DNA of 64,000 bases from an uncultured Acidimicrobiales bacterium (GTDB lineage: Bacteria > Actinomycetota > Acidimicrobiia > Acidimicrobiales > SHLQ01), in contig CALLAA010000050.1 in assembly GCA_938002955.1 (NCBI GenBank), positions 7,177 through 71,176 of the forward strand, written 5' to 3'. The notes beneath the pieces were generated by a model. That model made no database searches. It saw only the letters and a list, made by a program, of their open reading frames with translations, and was not told the DNA's origin. Below, piece by piece: positions 10,716-19,610 of this stretch; within the stretch, counting starts at the first letter, position 1, and every line of letters starts with the position of its first letter. The translations under genes were made by a program, and so were the position numbers.

Positions 10716-11246
10716 CTAGTCGGCAGGTTCGAGTGCAGCCCAATCTTCGGGATTGTCCTCGACGAGGATCGTGATCACTTCGCCATCGACTCCGTCGACC
10801 ATGGCGAACCCGCGGCTCTTTGGCGGAGACTCGTTGGAGTACAACAAAATGCGCCATGTCGGACGGCTGCGAAGTCCGCGCCAGGCCATCTGCGCCGACG
10901 CGTGCCCGACCGGGAAGCCAACAGCCTTGGTCGCCTCGACCAAGGCGTCTTGCTCATCGACGGCCAAGTTCCAGCCGCCCTGGATGTGATAGAGCCCAAC
11001 GGCGATCAGTCCGAGTGCGCCAAGCGCGAGCCCGCCGTTCATCAACGGAGACGTATCGGCTCGTCCGAGGAACCACAGCACCAAGAGGACCCCGCCGATC
11101 ACCAAATACAACACGCCGGGAATCCGCCGTTTGCTATTGTTCGGGAAGAGGTACGGCCCAACGAAGTCCGCAGCGTTCAGGTCGTCTGGAAGTTCATCGA
11201 CGTATTCGTCGTCATCAACCATTGGATCGACATCTTCGGTAGCCAC
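10716..11246 (-). CDS. Hypothetical membrane protein
   Basis: Two TM segments; leaderless TATCAT-6nt-GTG. Confidence 0.75.
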   Translation of the reverse strand: MATEDVDPMVDDDEYVDELPDDLNAADFVGPYLFPNNSKRRIPGVLYLVIGGVLLVLWFLGRADTSPLMNGGLALGALGLIAVGLYHIQGGWNLAVDEQDALVEATKAVGFPVGHASAQMAWRGLRSRPTWRILLYSNESPPKSRGFAMVDGVDGEVITILVEDNPEDWAALEPAD

Positions 11247-11323
11247 AACGAGATGATACGCCCGAGGAGCCTGAGCGACACAGCTGTGCGATGAGGGTCA
11301 CCTCAACATCTGCGTCACGCAAA

Positions 11324-11869
11324 CTATTGGGCGATCAGCCCTTCGACATCGGCCCGCAACGAGCCATACCCACTCGTGCGCCACGTACCGTCATCGTTGA
11401 TGTAGACGTACGTCCGCTGACGGGTAACCCCGAAACGGTCCCAGACGTCGTCAGCATTGTCGAGGTGTGGGAATCCTTCGACGCCGGTGTCCTCGATGAA
11501 CTCCCGCATCGCTGCCGCGTCCGCGAGTCCTGGCACACCGATAAACGTGACCTCGTCGCCAAATTCTTCCTGGACTCCTACGACCGTAGGAGCTTCACGG
11601 CGTCAAAACGGTCACCACGGCGCCCAGAACCAGAGCACGACATCTTCACCTTGCAGCGTGGCCAGATCGACCGTCGTGCCGTCGAGTGATGCAAATTCTC
11701 CCGAGAGCGTTTCCTCGGCAGGTACAGCGGCTGTGTCATCTGCGGCAGCGGTATCGCTCGCAGTCGTCGTTCCGCCGCAGGCGGATGCGACGAAGCCCAT
11801 GATCAGCGCAATCGCCAGGAGGCGCCGGAACAGCGGCCCTGAACCTGTCGAACGCTGGGGTGCATGCAT
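11324..11869 (-). CDS. TlpA/DsbE-like thioredoxin-fold lipoprotein with UxxU (two selenocysteines)
   Basis: One frame joins the two track ORFs: VVLWFWAPW-TGA-PF-TGA-RREAPTV...VTFIGV...VWDRFGVTRQRTYVYI; TGAs at 11612-11614 and 11603-11605; ASAC lipobox; leaderless TATTCT-6nt-ATG. Confidence 0.88.
11574..11593 (-). promoter_or_regulatory. Putative bacterial SECIS element
   Basis: GCTCCTAC-GGTC-GTAGGAGT hairpin; loop starts with G at +18 from the second UGA and +27 from the first. Confidence 0.75.
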
Positions 11870-11942
11870 GGCACCAGAATAGGTCCGGGCCAATCGAACG
11901 AGCGGTTCTCCAGCCAATTCTAACGAGTCACTTACCGTCTGT

Positions 11943-12512
11943 TCATTTCGTTGGCCAGGCCGCCCGAAGCCGCGTCCACGAATCACCGAGACTCTCGGGG
12001 AGCACCCGGGCCTCCGCAATACTCGTCATGAAGTTCGTGTCGCCGCTCCAGCGGGGCAGGACGTGCACATGTATGTGATCCGGCACGCCGGCCCCGGACG
12101 CTCGTCCCAGGTTCATACCCATGTTCACCCCATCGGGCTGGTACTCGGCTTTGACCGCTTCGATCCCCATGCGCACGCCAGCGAACAGCTCGATGTACGT
12201 CTCCTCATCCAAGTCTTCGAGGTTGACGGCCGCCTTCTTGGGCAGCACCATCAGATGTCCTGAGGTGTATGGGTAGGCGTTGAGCAACGCAAAGCAATGC
12301 TCGCCACGCCACAACACATAGGTCACCGAGTCGTCGAGGCCCGACTGCTCGATCCCCTCGAACAACGTCAATCCCTCGACATGTCCCTTCGACCGCTCAT
12401 CGTCGTCGGCCAGAATGTAGGGAATTCGCCAACCCGACCACAGACGCGGCATCTGATCACCGCCGGCGAGCGTGTTGTCGAGCGGTGAGTCGCCGGCGTT
12501 AGGACTTTGCAT
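11943..12512 (-). CDS. HIT family protein (Ap4A phosphorylase-like)
   Basis: LNAYPYTSGHLMVLP, HIHVHVLPRW; follows thrS; start could be 12452. Confidence 0.9.
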   Translation of the reverse strand: MQSPNAGDSPLDNTLAGGDQMPRLWSGWRIPYILADDDERSKGHVEGLTLFEGIEQSGLDDSVTYVLWRGEHCFALLNAYPYTSGHLMVLPKKAAVNLEDLDEETYIELFAGVRMGIEAVKAEYQPDGVNMGMNLGRASGAGVPDHIHVHVLPRWSGDTNFMTSIAEARVLPESLGDSWTRLRAAWPTK

Positions 12513-14463
12513 CGACTTCGGCGGCGAGACGTGCGATGAAATCCTCGACGCTCACGTCGCGGTCGACCTCTTGCACACCGCGCTCATTGACGCCAACCGT
12601 CGAGTTTGCGACGTCGTCGTCGCCGACGACGAGCACGTACGGAGTCTTTTCGACCTTGCCCTTGCGAACGCGTTTGCCGAGCGGGTCGGTGGCCGGGTCG
12701 ATCTCGACGCGGAATCCAGATTCCTTGAACTTCGCCATGATCTCGTATGCGTAGTCCTCGTGCGCCTCAGCAACCGGAAGCACCTTGATCTGGACCGGCG
12801 CAAGCCAGGCCGGGAAGTTACCGGCGTAATGCTCGATGAGCACGCCAAAGAACCGCTCGATCGATCCCATGAGGGCACGATGGATCATGACCGGGCGTTT
12901 GCGCTCGCCGTCCTGGGCCACGTACTCGAGGTCGAACCGCTCCGGCAGGTTGAAGTCGAGCTGAATAGTCGACAGTTGCCACGCACGACCGATCGCATCG
13001 CGGACGTCGACATCGATCTTGGGCCCGTAGAACGCGCCGCCGCCCTCGTCGACGATGTAGTCGAGGCCCTGCTTCTCGAGCGCTGCCTTGAGCCCAGCCG
13101 TCGCAGAGTCCCAGATCTCATCGTCGCCCACCGACTTTTCGACAGGGCGAGTCGACAGCTTTGCCTGGAAATCGTCAAAGCCAAATGCTCGCAGCACGGA
13201 CAGGACGAAGTCGAGCAACGAGGCAAGCTCGTCCTCGATCATCTCTCGTGTGCAGAAGATATGACTGTCGTCCTGGGTGAACCCGCGGCTCCGCATGAGC
13301 CCGTGTACAGCACCAGAAAGCTCGTAGCGGTACACGGTTCCGAGCTCGAAGATGCGCTTGGGCAGGTCGCGATAGGAACGCTGATCGCTCTTGTAGATCA
13401 TCACGTGGAACGGGCAGTTCATAGGCTTCGGGTAGTACGTGGCGCCGTCCATCTCCATGGGCGGATACATACCGTCGGCGTAGAAATCGAGGTGTCCCGA
13501 CGTCTCCCACAGCACCGACTTCGCAATGTGGGGGCTAAACGCAAAGTCATAGCCGCCATGCTCATGGCGGTCGCGGCTGTAGTCCTCCATGATCTTGCGG
13601 ATCAACGCGCCCTTGGGATGCCAGACGGACAACCCCGGACCGAGTTCTTCGGGCCAGGACACGAGGTCCATCTCTTGGGCAAGACGACGGTGGTCGCGCT
13701 TTTCGGCCTCTTCGAGACGGTGGAGGTGCGCTTTCAGGTCCTTCTTGTTGGCCCATGCCGTGCCATAGATGCGTTGGAGCATCGGGCGCTTCTCGTCGCC
13801 GCGCCAGTAGGCGCCCGCGACCTTCATGAGCTTGAAATGCTCGAGACGTCCGGTACTCGGGACGTGCGGGCCAGTGCACATGTCGAGGAACGTTTCGGAG
13901 TTCCGGTAGTAGCTGACAACGTCTCCGCTGACCTCGCCAGCGTCCTCGCTCGCAGCCGCCCCGCTCGCCACGTTCTGAATGATCTCGAGCTTGTAGGGCT
14001 CGTCCTTGAATAGATCGAGCGCCTCGTCGACCGACACCTCGTGACGCTCAAAGGGCTGATCGGCCTTGACCAGCTCCTTCATTCGCGCCTCGATCGCGCC
14101 GAGGTCGTCGTCCGACAACGTCTTGCCATCGGGAAGATCAAAGTCGTAATAGAAGCCGTGTTCAATCGGCGGACCGATCGCAAAGCGAGCGCCCGGGTGG
14201 AGATCCAAGATTGCCTGGGCCATGAGATGAGCCGTCGAGTGACGGATCGTGTGCAAGCCCTCGTCGTCGGATCCCGTAACTAACGCAACCGACGCCCCGT
14301 CGTCGAGCGGAACGTCCAGGTCGACCTCGACACCATCGACAACGGCGATCAACGCAGCCTTGGCAAGACCCGGACCGATATCGGCCGCAAGGTCGGCGGC
14401 AGTCGCCCCAGAGGACAACTCACGCGTTGATCCATCGGGCAGGGTGACATTTACAGCGCTCAT
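12499..14463 (-). CDS. thrS: Threonine--tRNA ligase
   Basis: TGS domain, HSTAH, GAYWRG, KPMNCP, GAFYGPKID. Confidence 0.98.
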   Translation of the reverse strand: MSAVNVTLPDGSTRELSSGATAADLAADIGPGLAKAALIAVVDGVEVDLDVPLDDGASVALVTGSDDEGLHTIRHSTAHLMAQAILDLHPGARFAIGPPIEHGFYYDFDLPDGKTLSDDDLGAIEARMKELVKADQPFERHEVSVDEALDLFKDEPYKLEIIQNVASGAAASEDAGEVSGDVVSYYRNSETFLDMCTGPHVPSTGRLEHFKLMKVAGAYWRGDEKRPMLQRIYGTAWANKKDLKAHLHRLEEAEKRDHRRLAQEMDLVSWPEELGPGLSVWHPKGALIRKIMEDYSRDRHEHGGYDFAFSPHIAKSVLWETSGHLDFYADGMYPPMEMDGATYYPKPMNCPFHVMIYKSDQRSYRDLPKRIFELGTVYRYELSGAVHGLMRSRGFTQDDSHIFCTREMIEDELASLLDFVLSVLRAFGFDDFQAKLSTRPVEKSVGDDEIWDSATAGLKAALEKQGLDYIVDEGGGAFYGPKIDVDVRDAIGRAWQLSTIQLDFNLPERFDLEYVAQDGERKRPVMIHRALMGSIERFFGVLIEHYAGNFPAWLAPVQIKVLPVAEAHEDYAYEIMAKFKESGFRVEIDPATDPLGKRVRKGKVEKTPYVLVVGDDDVANSTVGVNERGVQEVDRDVSVEDFIARLAAEVDAKS

Positions 14464-14561
14464 AGATCAAGAAATACTACCGTCTTACCGACACAACGTT
14501 TGGTGTCTATCGAGCTAGTGCAACTAGCCTCGGTGATAGCGCGGCGTACGAAGGGAAGTTC

Positions 14562-15599
14562 ATGAAGCTCAGGACCCGATCGCTAGCGGTTGCTTCGGCG
14601 ACCATACTGGCCTCCACCCTCCTCGCCGCCTCACCGGCGGCAGCCCAGGAGACGTGCGGTGGCCAGGCGGCAACGATCGTCTCGAACGACGCGGTCATTC
14701 GCGGAACCGAAGGTGTCGACGTCATCGTTGCCGGAGACGGCAACAACCGCATCGAAGCGCTCGGCGGCGACGACCTCATCTGCTCACGCGCTGGTGACGA
14801 CGAGATCATCGCCGGCGACGGCAACGACTTCATCCGCGCTGGTGGCGGAGCCGACGTCGTGTTCGGTGGCGCTGGAGACGATCGCATGTTCGGCGGTTGG
14901 GGCGGGGACACGCTCAACGGCGGCGACGGCATCGACCGCATCTGGGGCGAGCAGAACCAGGACATCCTCAACGGTGGCGCCGGTAACGACATCATTCGTG
15001 GCGGCTTCGCAATCGACATCATGAACGGTGGCGCCGGTGACGACTTCATGGTCGCCGGCTTTGGTCGCGACGAGGTCTTCGGCGGACTCGGCAACGACCG
15101 CATGTACGGACAGGGATACGCCGACGTCATGGACGGCGGCTTCGGCGACGACTGGATTCACGGTGGCCCGGGCCCCGATGACATCCTCGGCGGCCGTGGC
15201 AGCGACACGATCATCGGCGGACCCGACGACGACTTCTTGCTCGGCGATGACGGCAAGCAATACGACGAGGGTGGCACCACGATCACCCATCCAGGCGAGC
15301 CGGACATCATCAACGGCGGTCCAGGAAACGACTACCTCGGCGGCGAAGGCGGCAACGACATCCTCCTGGGCAACCAGGGCCTCGACGTCGTCGACGGATT
15401 CCACGGAAACGACCGGGTCGAGGGCAACTTGGCAAACGACCTGCTCAGCGGTGGAGCGGGCAACGACGTGCTCATCGGCGGCAGCGGCGCCGACAAGTGC
15501 TGGCCAGAATTTGTCGTCGTAAGCGCCGGTGTCGTCCCGCCGATCAACGGCAACGACAGCACCCGCGAGTGCGAACAGATCAACCAGATCCTGAACTGA
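14562..15599 (+). CDS. Secreted calcium-binding protein with RTX-type GGxGxD repeats
   Basis: Sec signal (AAA-QE) followed by many GGAGND/GGxGDD nonapeptides. Confidence 0.88.
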   Translation: MKLRTRSLAVASATILASTLLAASPAAAQETCGGQAATIVSNDAVIRGTEGVDVIVAGDGNNRIEALGGDDLICSRAGDDEIIAGDGNDFIRAGGGADVVFGGAGDDRMFGGWGGDTLNGGDGIDRIWGEQNQDILNGGAGNDIIRGGFAIDIMNGGAGDDFMVAGFGRDEVFGGLGNDRMYGQGYADVMDGGFGDDWIHGGPGPDDILGGRGSDTIIGGPDDDFLLGDDGKQYDEGGTTITHPGEPDIINGGPGNDYLGGEGGNDILLGNQGLDVVDGFHGNDRVEGNLANDLLSGGAGNDVLIGGSGADKCWPEFVVVSAGVVPPINGNDSTRECEQINQILN

Positions 15600-15606
15600 C
15601 CTTCGC

Positions 15607-15650
15607 CGCGGGTGGGATCCGGGCGCTGAGCGCCCTCGACCCACCTGCGG
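15607..15650. terminator. GC-rich hairpin between convergent genes
   Basis: CCGCGGGTGGG..GGGCGCT-G-AGCGCCC..CCCACCTGCGG. Confidence 0.5.
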
Positions 15651-15745
15651 AACGCAAGCGGCGTCCGTTCGGACCGGCTACGCAGCTCCGAACGAGCAAG
15701 CCTTCACTGATCAGCCTGCTCGTCCCCTCCGGCGTTCGCCGGTTG

Positions 15746-16864
15746 TTATAGGGCTATTCCTAGTAGGGCGGCGGCTGCTTTTGTTTCGTGTCCCGTGGCC
15801 GCTGCTTCGTCGATCGCTGCGAGCGCCGTCGGGACGTCGAGGTCGTCATCGAGGGCGGCGCGCACGGCGTCGAGCGGACCAGCACCTGCACCCGCGCTTC
15901 GCCAACCATCGAGCCGCTCGGCGGCCTCGGTGAGCAACGAATCGTCCCACTCCCACTCGGTCGTCCGGTAATGCTGCGACAGCACCGCAAGGCGAACCAC
16001 CATTGGCTCGTGGTTCGCAATCAGGTCGTGCACGAAGATCAGATTCCCGGTCGACTTCGACATTGGCTCCCCCGCGAGGTGGACACACGACTGGTGCATC
16101 CAATGCCCCGTTGCCGGAATACCAGCGGAGTCGAGTTGAGCAGCACAGAACTCATGATGTGGGTAGACCAAATCGCAGCCGCCGCCGTGCAAGTCCATGG
16201 TGCCGAGCTCGCGAATCGAGAGCGCGGTGCACTCGATATGCCAACCAGGGCGGCCGCTCCCCCACGGGGCTTCCCATGACGGTTCGTCGACGGCAGACGG
16301 CTGCCAAACAACCGTGTCGAGCGGATGCTTCTTGCGTCGATCGGTCGGATCCTCACCACGCCGTTCGCCGATCGTACGCATGTCGACCCGCGTGTACCCG
16401 CTGATCGACCCAAAGCCGGTCGACGCATGATGGTCGAAGTAGACCCACCCGTCGACCTCATAGGCCGAACCAGCATCGAGCATCCGCGAGATCAGCCCAC
16501 GGATGTCTGGGATTGCGGAGGTCGCCCGTGGTTCGCTCCACGGTTCGAGCACGCCGAGAGCAGCAAGATCGTCGTCGAAGCGTCGCTTCTGGCCGAACGC
16601 CAGGTCGAGGTAGTTGACATCATCACGTCGCGCCCGTTCGAGAAGGTCGTTGTCGATGTCGGTGATGTTGCGCACCATTCGTACGTCGTGGCCGCGATCG
16701 ACGAGCCGCCGATGCAACACGTCATAGGTGACATAGGTCGCGGCATGTCCCATATGCGTCGAGTCATATGGAGTGATGCCACAGATGTAGATCCGAGCGA
16801 TCGGACCCGGCGTGAACGGCAGGACCGTCCCGGTCGCCGTGTCGTAGAGCTGCATGTCGACCAT
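15746..16864 (-). CDS. mshC: Cysteine:GlcN-Ins ligase (mycothiol biosynthesis)
   Basis: CGITPYDSTHMGHAATY, GRPGWHIEC, MSKS; short CysRS paralog. Confidence 0.85.
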   Translation of the reverse strand: MVDMQLYDTATGTVLPFTPGPIARIYICGITPYDSTHMGHAATYVTYDVLHRRLVDRGHDVRMVRNITDIDNDLLERARRDDVNYLDLAFGQKRRFDDDLAALGVLEPWSEPRATSAIPDIRGLISRMLDAGSAYEVDGWVYFDHHASTGFGSISGYTRVDMRTIGERRGEDPTDRRKKHPLDTVVWQPSAVDEPSWEAPWGSGRPGWHIECTALSIRELGTMDLHGGGCDLVYPHHEFCAAQLDSAGIPATGHWMHQSCVHLAGEPMSKSTGNLIFVHDLIANHEPMVVRLAVLSQHYRTTEWEWDDSLLTEAAERLDGWRSAGAGAGPLDAVRAALDDDLDVPTALAAIDEAAATGHETKAAAALLGIAL

Positions 16865-16959
16865 GCGATGACGCTAGCGGGCGGACCCGGACTCGGACAT
16901 GACCACACCCACTGCCGCCTGGCGTGGACGAACCGACGGGCGTGGGCAAGACTGCGAAC

Positions 16960-17727
16960 ATGGGATTGCTCGAAGGCAAGAATGTTCTAATCACCGGCGT
17001 ACTCACGGACGCGTCACTCGCGTTTGGCGTTGCTCAGCTCGCCCAAGCGGAAGGGGCGAACATCATCCTCACCGGAGCTGGTCGTGGCCTCAGCTTGACG
17101 AGCCGGACGGCTCGCAAGCTCGACGTTGAACCTGAGGTTCTCGAGTTCGACGTAACCGACCCCGATCACGTGGTCGCGCTGCGCGATCGCCTCGAGTCCA
17201 CCTGGGGCCGCGTCGATGCTGCACTCCATGCGATTGGTTTCGCACCCGAGTCGTGCCTCGGCGATGACTTCATGGCCGCACCATGGGAAGACGTCAAGGT
17301 CGCACTCGAAATTTCGGCGTATAGCTACAAGACGCTGGCCGAAGTTGTCACACCGCTCATGACCGAGGGCGGTTCGGTCGTCGGACTCGACTTCGATGCG
17401 ACCGTAAGCTGGCCGGCGTACAACTGGATGGGCGTGGCGAAAGCAGCGCTCGAGTCGACGAACCGATACCTGGCGAAAGCCCACGGGCCCAACAACATCC
17501 GATTCAACCTTGTCGCCGCTGGCCCGATTCGCACGATCGCCGCGAAGTCGATTCCGGCATTCGCCAAGTTCGAGGATGTGTGGGACGACAAGGCACCACT
17601 CGGCTGGGATGTGCGGGACAGCTCCGCGGTCGCCCGATCGACCGTGGCGATGCTGAGCGACTGGTTCCCGGCCACCACCGGATCGATGATTCACGTCGAC
17701 GGCGGCTATCACGCCATGGGCGCCTAG
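16960..17727 (+). CDS. fabI: Enoyl-ACP reductase (InhA/FabI)
   Basis: ITGVLTDASLAF, YNWMGVAK, AAGPIRT. Confidence 0.94.
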   Translation: MGLLEGKNVLITGVLTDASLAFGVAQLAQAEGANIILTGAGRGLSLTSRTARKLDVEPEVLEFDVTDPDHVVALRDRLESTWGRVDAALHAIGFAPESCLGDDFMAAPWEDVKVALEISAYSYKTLAEVVTPLMTEGGSVVGLDFDATVSWPAYNWMGVAKAALESTNRYLAKAHGPNNIRFNLVAAGPIRTIAAKSIPAFAKFEDVWDDKAPLGWDVRDSSAVARSTVAMLSDWFPATTGSMIHVDGGYHAMGA

Positions 17728-18576
17728 TTGTCCAACACACCACGGCTGCTCGTCTTTGGAGGTACCGGGTTTCTCGGCGGACGACTCTGTTCCCAGGCCG
17801 CAGAAGCAGGATGGGCCGTCGACGCGACATACCTGTCCAGCACCCCACCGTCGGGGCTGCCGGCAACCTGGCATCGATGCGACATCGTCGAGACCGTTGC
17901 CGTCGACGCGGTGATCGACAAGGTCCAGCCAACCCACATCATCAACGCGGCGTACCACCAACGTGAACACGTCGCGAGAGTCTGCGCCGACGCCCCAGAG
18001 ACGATTGCTCTGCAGGCCGCTCACTCCGGGATCCGACTCGTCCAGCTGTCGACCGACCTCGTCTATGACGGCACGCTCGGGCGTCGCTACCGAGAGGACG
18101 ACCCGGTGTCACCGCTCGGGGCGTATGGCAACGCAAAGGCTGAGGGTGAAGTCCGAGTCCGGTCGGCAGATCCATCAGCGGCGATCATCCGGACGTCACT
18201 GATCTACGGCGACCCCGCTGCACCCCAAGAGCAGCTCGTCCACCGGGCCGTTCACGACGGTGACATCGCGTTCTTCACCGACGAGTACCGGACCGCGGTC
18301 CACGTCGACGACCTCGCGCGTGCCACACTCGACATTGCCCGATCAACATTTTCCGGGCTCGTTCACGTCGCCGGAACCGAACGCCAGAACCGACTGGAGT
18401 TCGCATCCGTGCTCGCCTCTGCACTACGCCTCGACGTGGAGCGACTGGTCGGGAGAACCCAAGACCCCGAGCTTGGCCCCCGAGCGAGTGACGTCAGCTT
18501 GGACACCACCCTCAGCGCTTCGCTCGGTATCACACTGCCAGGCCCGACCGAGCGGCTCGCCAACGGCTACTCCTGA
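17728..18576 (+). CDS. RmlD-like extended SDR oxidoreductase
   Basis: GGTGFLG, STDLVYDG, YGNAK. Confidence 0.85.
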   Translation: MSNTPRLLVFGGTGFLGGRLCSQAAEAGWAVDATYLSSTPPSGLPATWHRCDIVETVAVDAVIDKVQPTHIINAAYHQREHVARVCADAPETIALQAAHSGIRLVQLSTDLVYDGTLGRRYREDDPVSPLGAYGNAKAEGEVRVRSADPSAAIIRTSLIYGDPAAPQEQLVHRAVHDGDIAFFTDEYRTAVHVDDLARATLDIARSTFSGLVHVAGTERQNRLEFASVLASALRLDVERLVGRTQDPELGPRASDVSLDTTLSASLGITLPGPTERLANGYS

Positions 18577-19610
18577 TCGGTCTCGTCGTAGATCTCTCCG
18601 ACAAGCTCCTCGAGAACGTCCTCGAGCGTTGCCATGCCGACGACGTTGTCGTGTGCGGTCACCAACGCCATATGGCGTCGGTTGCGCTGCATGACCAGCA
18701 ACATGTCCTCGACCGTTTGGTCAATTCCGATCTTCGGCATACGACGGATCAGCTCGAGCGGAACAACATCGGATGTGGCCTCTGCCGGAAGCCGAACGAG
18801 ATCTTTGGCATGGACGAAACCACGAAAGTCGTGGCCTTCGGCTTGACGAACCGGAATTCGGCTGTGTCCCTTGGCAACGACGAGGGCCTCGACGTCGGCG
18901 ACTGTCGCTGTCAGTGGAACAGACACGATCTCCTCGAGCGGGATCATGACCGACTGCACTCGGATGTCACCAAAGTCGAGCGCTCCGGTAATCAGCGCAT
19001 GTTCCTGTTCCTCGACGAGGCCTTCCTCGCGAGAAACGTCGAGTAGACGTACGAGCTCCGTGGACGTTGTTGCCTTGTTCAACCCCGCATCAGGGTCGAC
19101 ACCAGCCAGGCGCAACAGCGGACGTGCGAGCAGTTTGAGCACCCAAATGATCGGCCGAACAAACGTGACGATGACGGCGTGGATTGGCGCAAGGAATCGG
19201 GCCGAGGTCTCGGGCGCGGCAATAACAACATTCTTGGGAACCATCTCGCCAAAGACCGTGTGAACAAAGACGACGATAAGCAGAGCCACGACGAAGCCAA
19301 TGCTGTGCAGCAGGCTTTCGGGGATGTCGATGACCGAGGCGAGCACCGACTCGATGATGTGCGCGACCGCCTGCTCGGCGATCAGTCCGAGAATCAGCGA
19401 CGCGATGGTGATGCCAAGCTGAGCGGCGAATAGCTGCTGGGTGATGTTCGCAACCGACTCGGCTGCGACCTTGGCCCCTCGTGCCCCATCCTCGGCCAGT
19501 GCTTCGAGCTTCGTCTGCCTGCTCGCAACGAACGCCAACTCGACGCCAACAAAGAAGCCGTTGATCAGGATGAGGAATAGGGAGATAACGAGCGCGAGCG
19601 AGGTGCTCAT
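18567..19610 (-). CDS. CNNM/CBS (hemolysin-family) protein
   Basis: NGFFVGVE, AQLGIT, GEMVPK, HSRIPV, TLEDVLEELVGEI. Confidence 0.92.
   Translation of the reverse strand: MSTSLALVISLFLILINGFFVGVELAFVASRQTKLEALAEDGARGAKVAAESVANITQQLFAAQLGITIASLILGLIAEQAVAHIIESVLASVIDIPESLLHSIGFVVALLIVVFVHTVFGEMVPKNVVIAAPETSARFLAPIHAVIVTFVRPIIWVLKLLARPLLRLAGVDPDAGLNKATTSTELVRLLDVSREEGLVEEQEHALITGALDFGDIRVQSVMIPLEEIVSVPLTATVADVEALVVAKGHSRIPVRQAEGHDFRGFVHAKDLVRLPAEATSDVVPLELIRRMPKIGIDQTVEDMLLVMQRNRRHMALVTAHDNVVGMATLEDVLEELVGEIYDETDQE

Noticed and set aside
11603-11614. Pseudogene or genome-wide UGA reassignment as the explanation for the two TGAs
   Set aside because: Both stops hit exactly the two catalytic Cys codons and are followed by a hairpin; TGA ends many other genes here normally (yebC, pdxT, nrdJ, murF)
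12472-14013. Long antisense or off-frame ORFs (also 20390-21808, 24820-26592, 29878-31200, 52071-53180)
   Set aside because: Shadows of well-supported genes in high-GC DNA; no recognisable motifs
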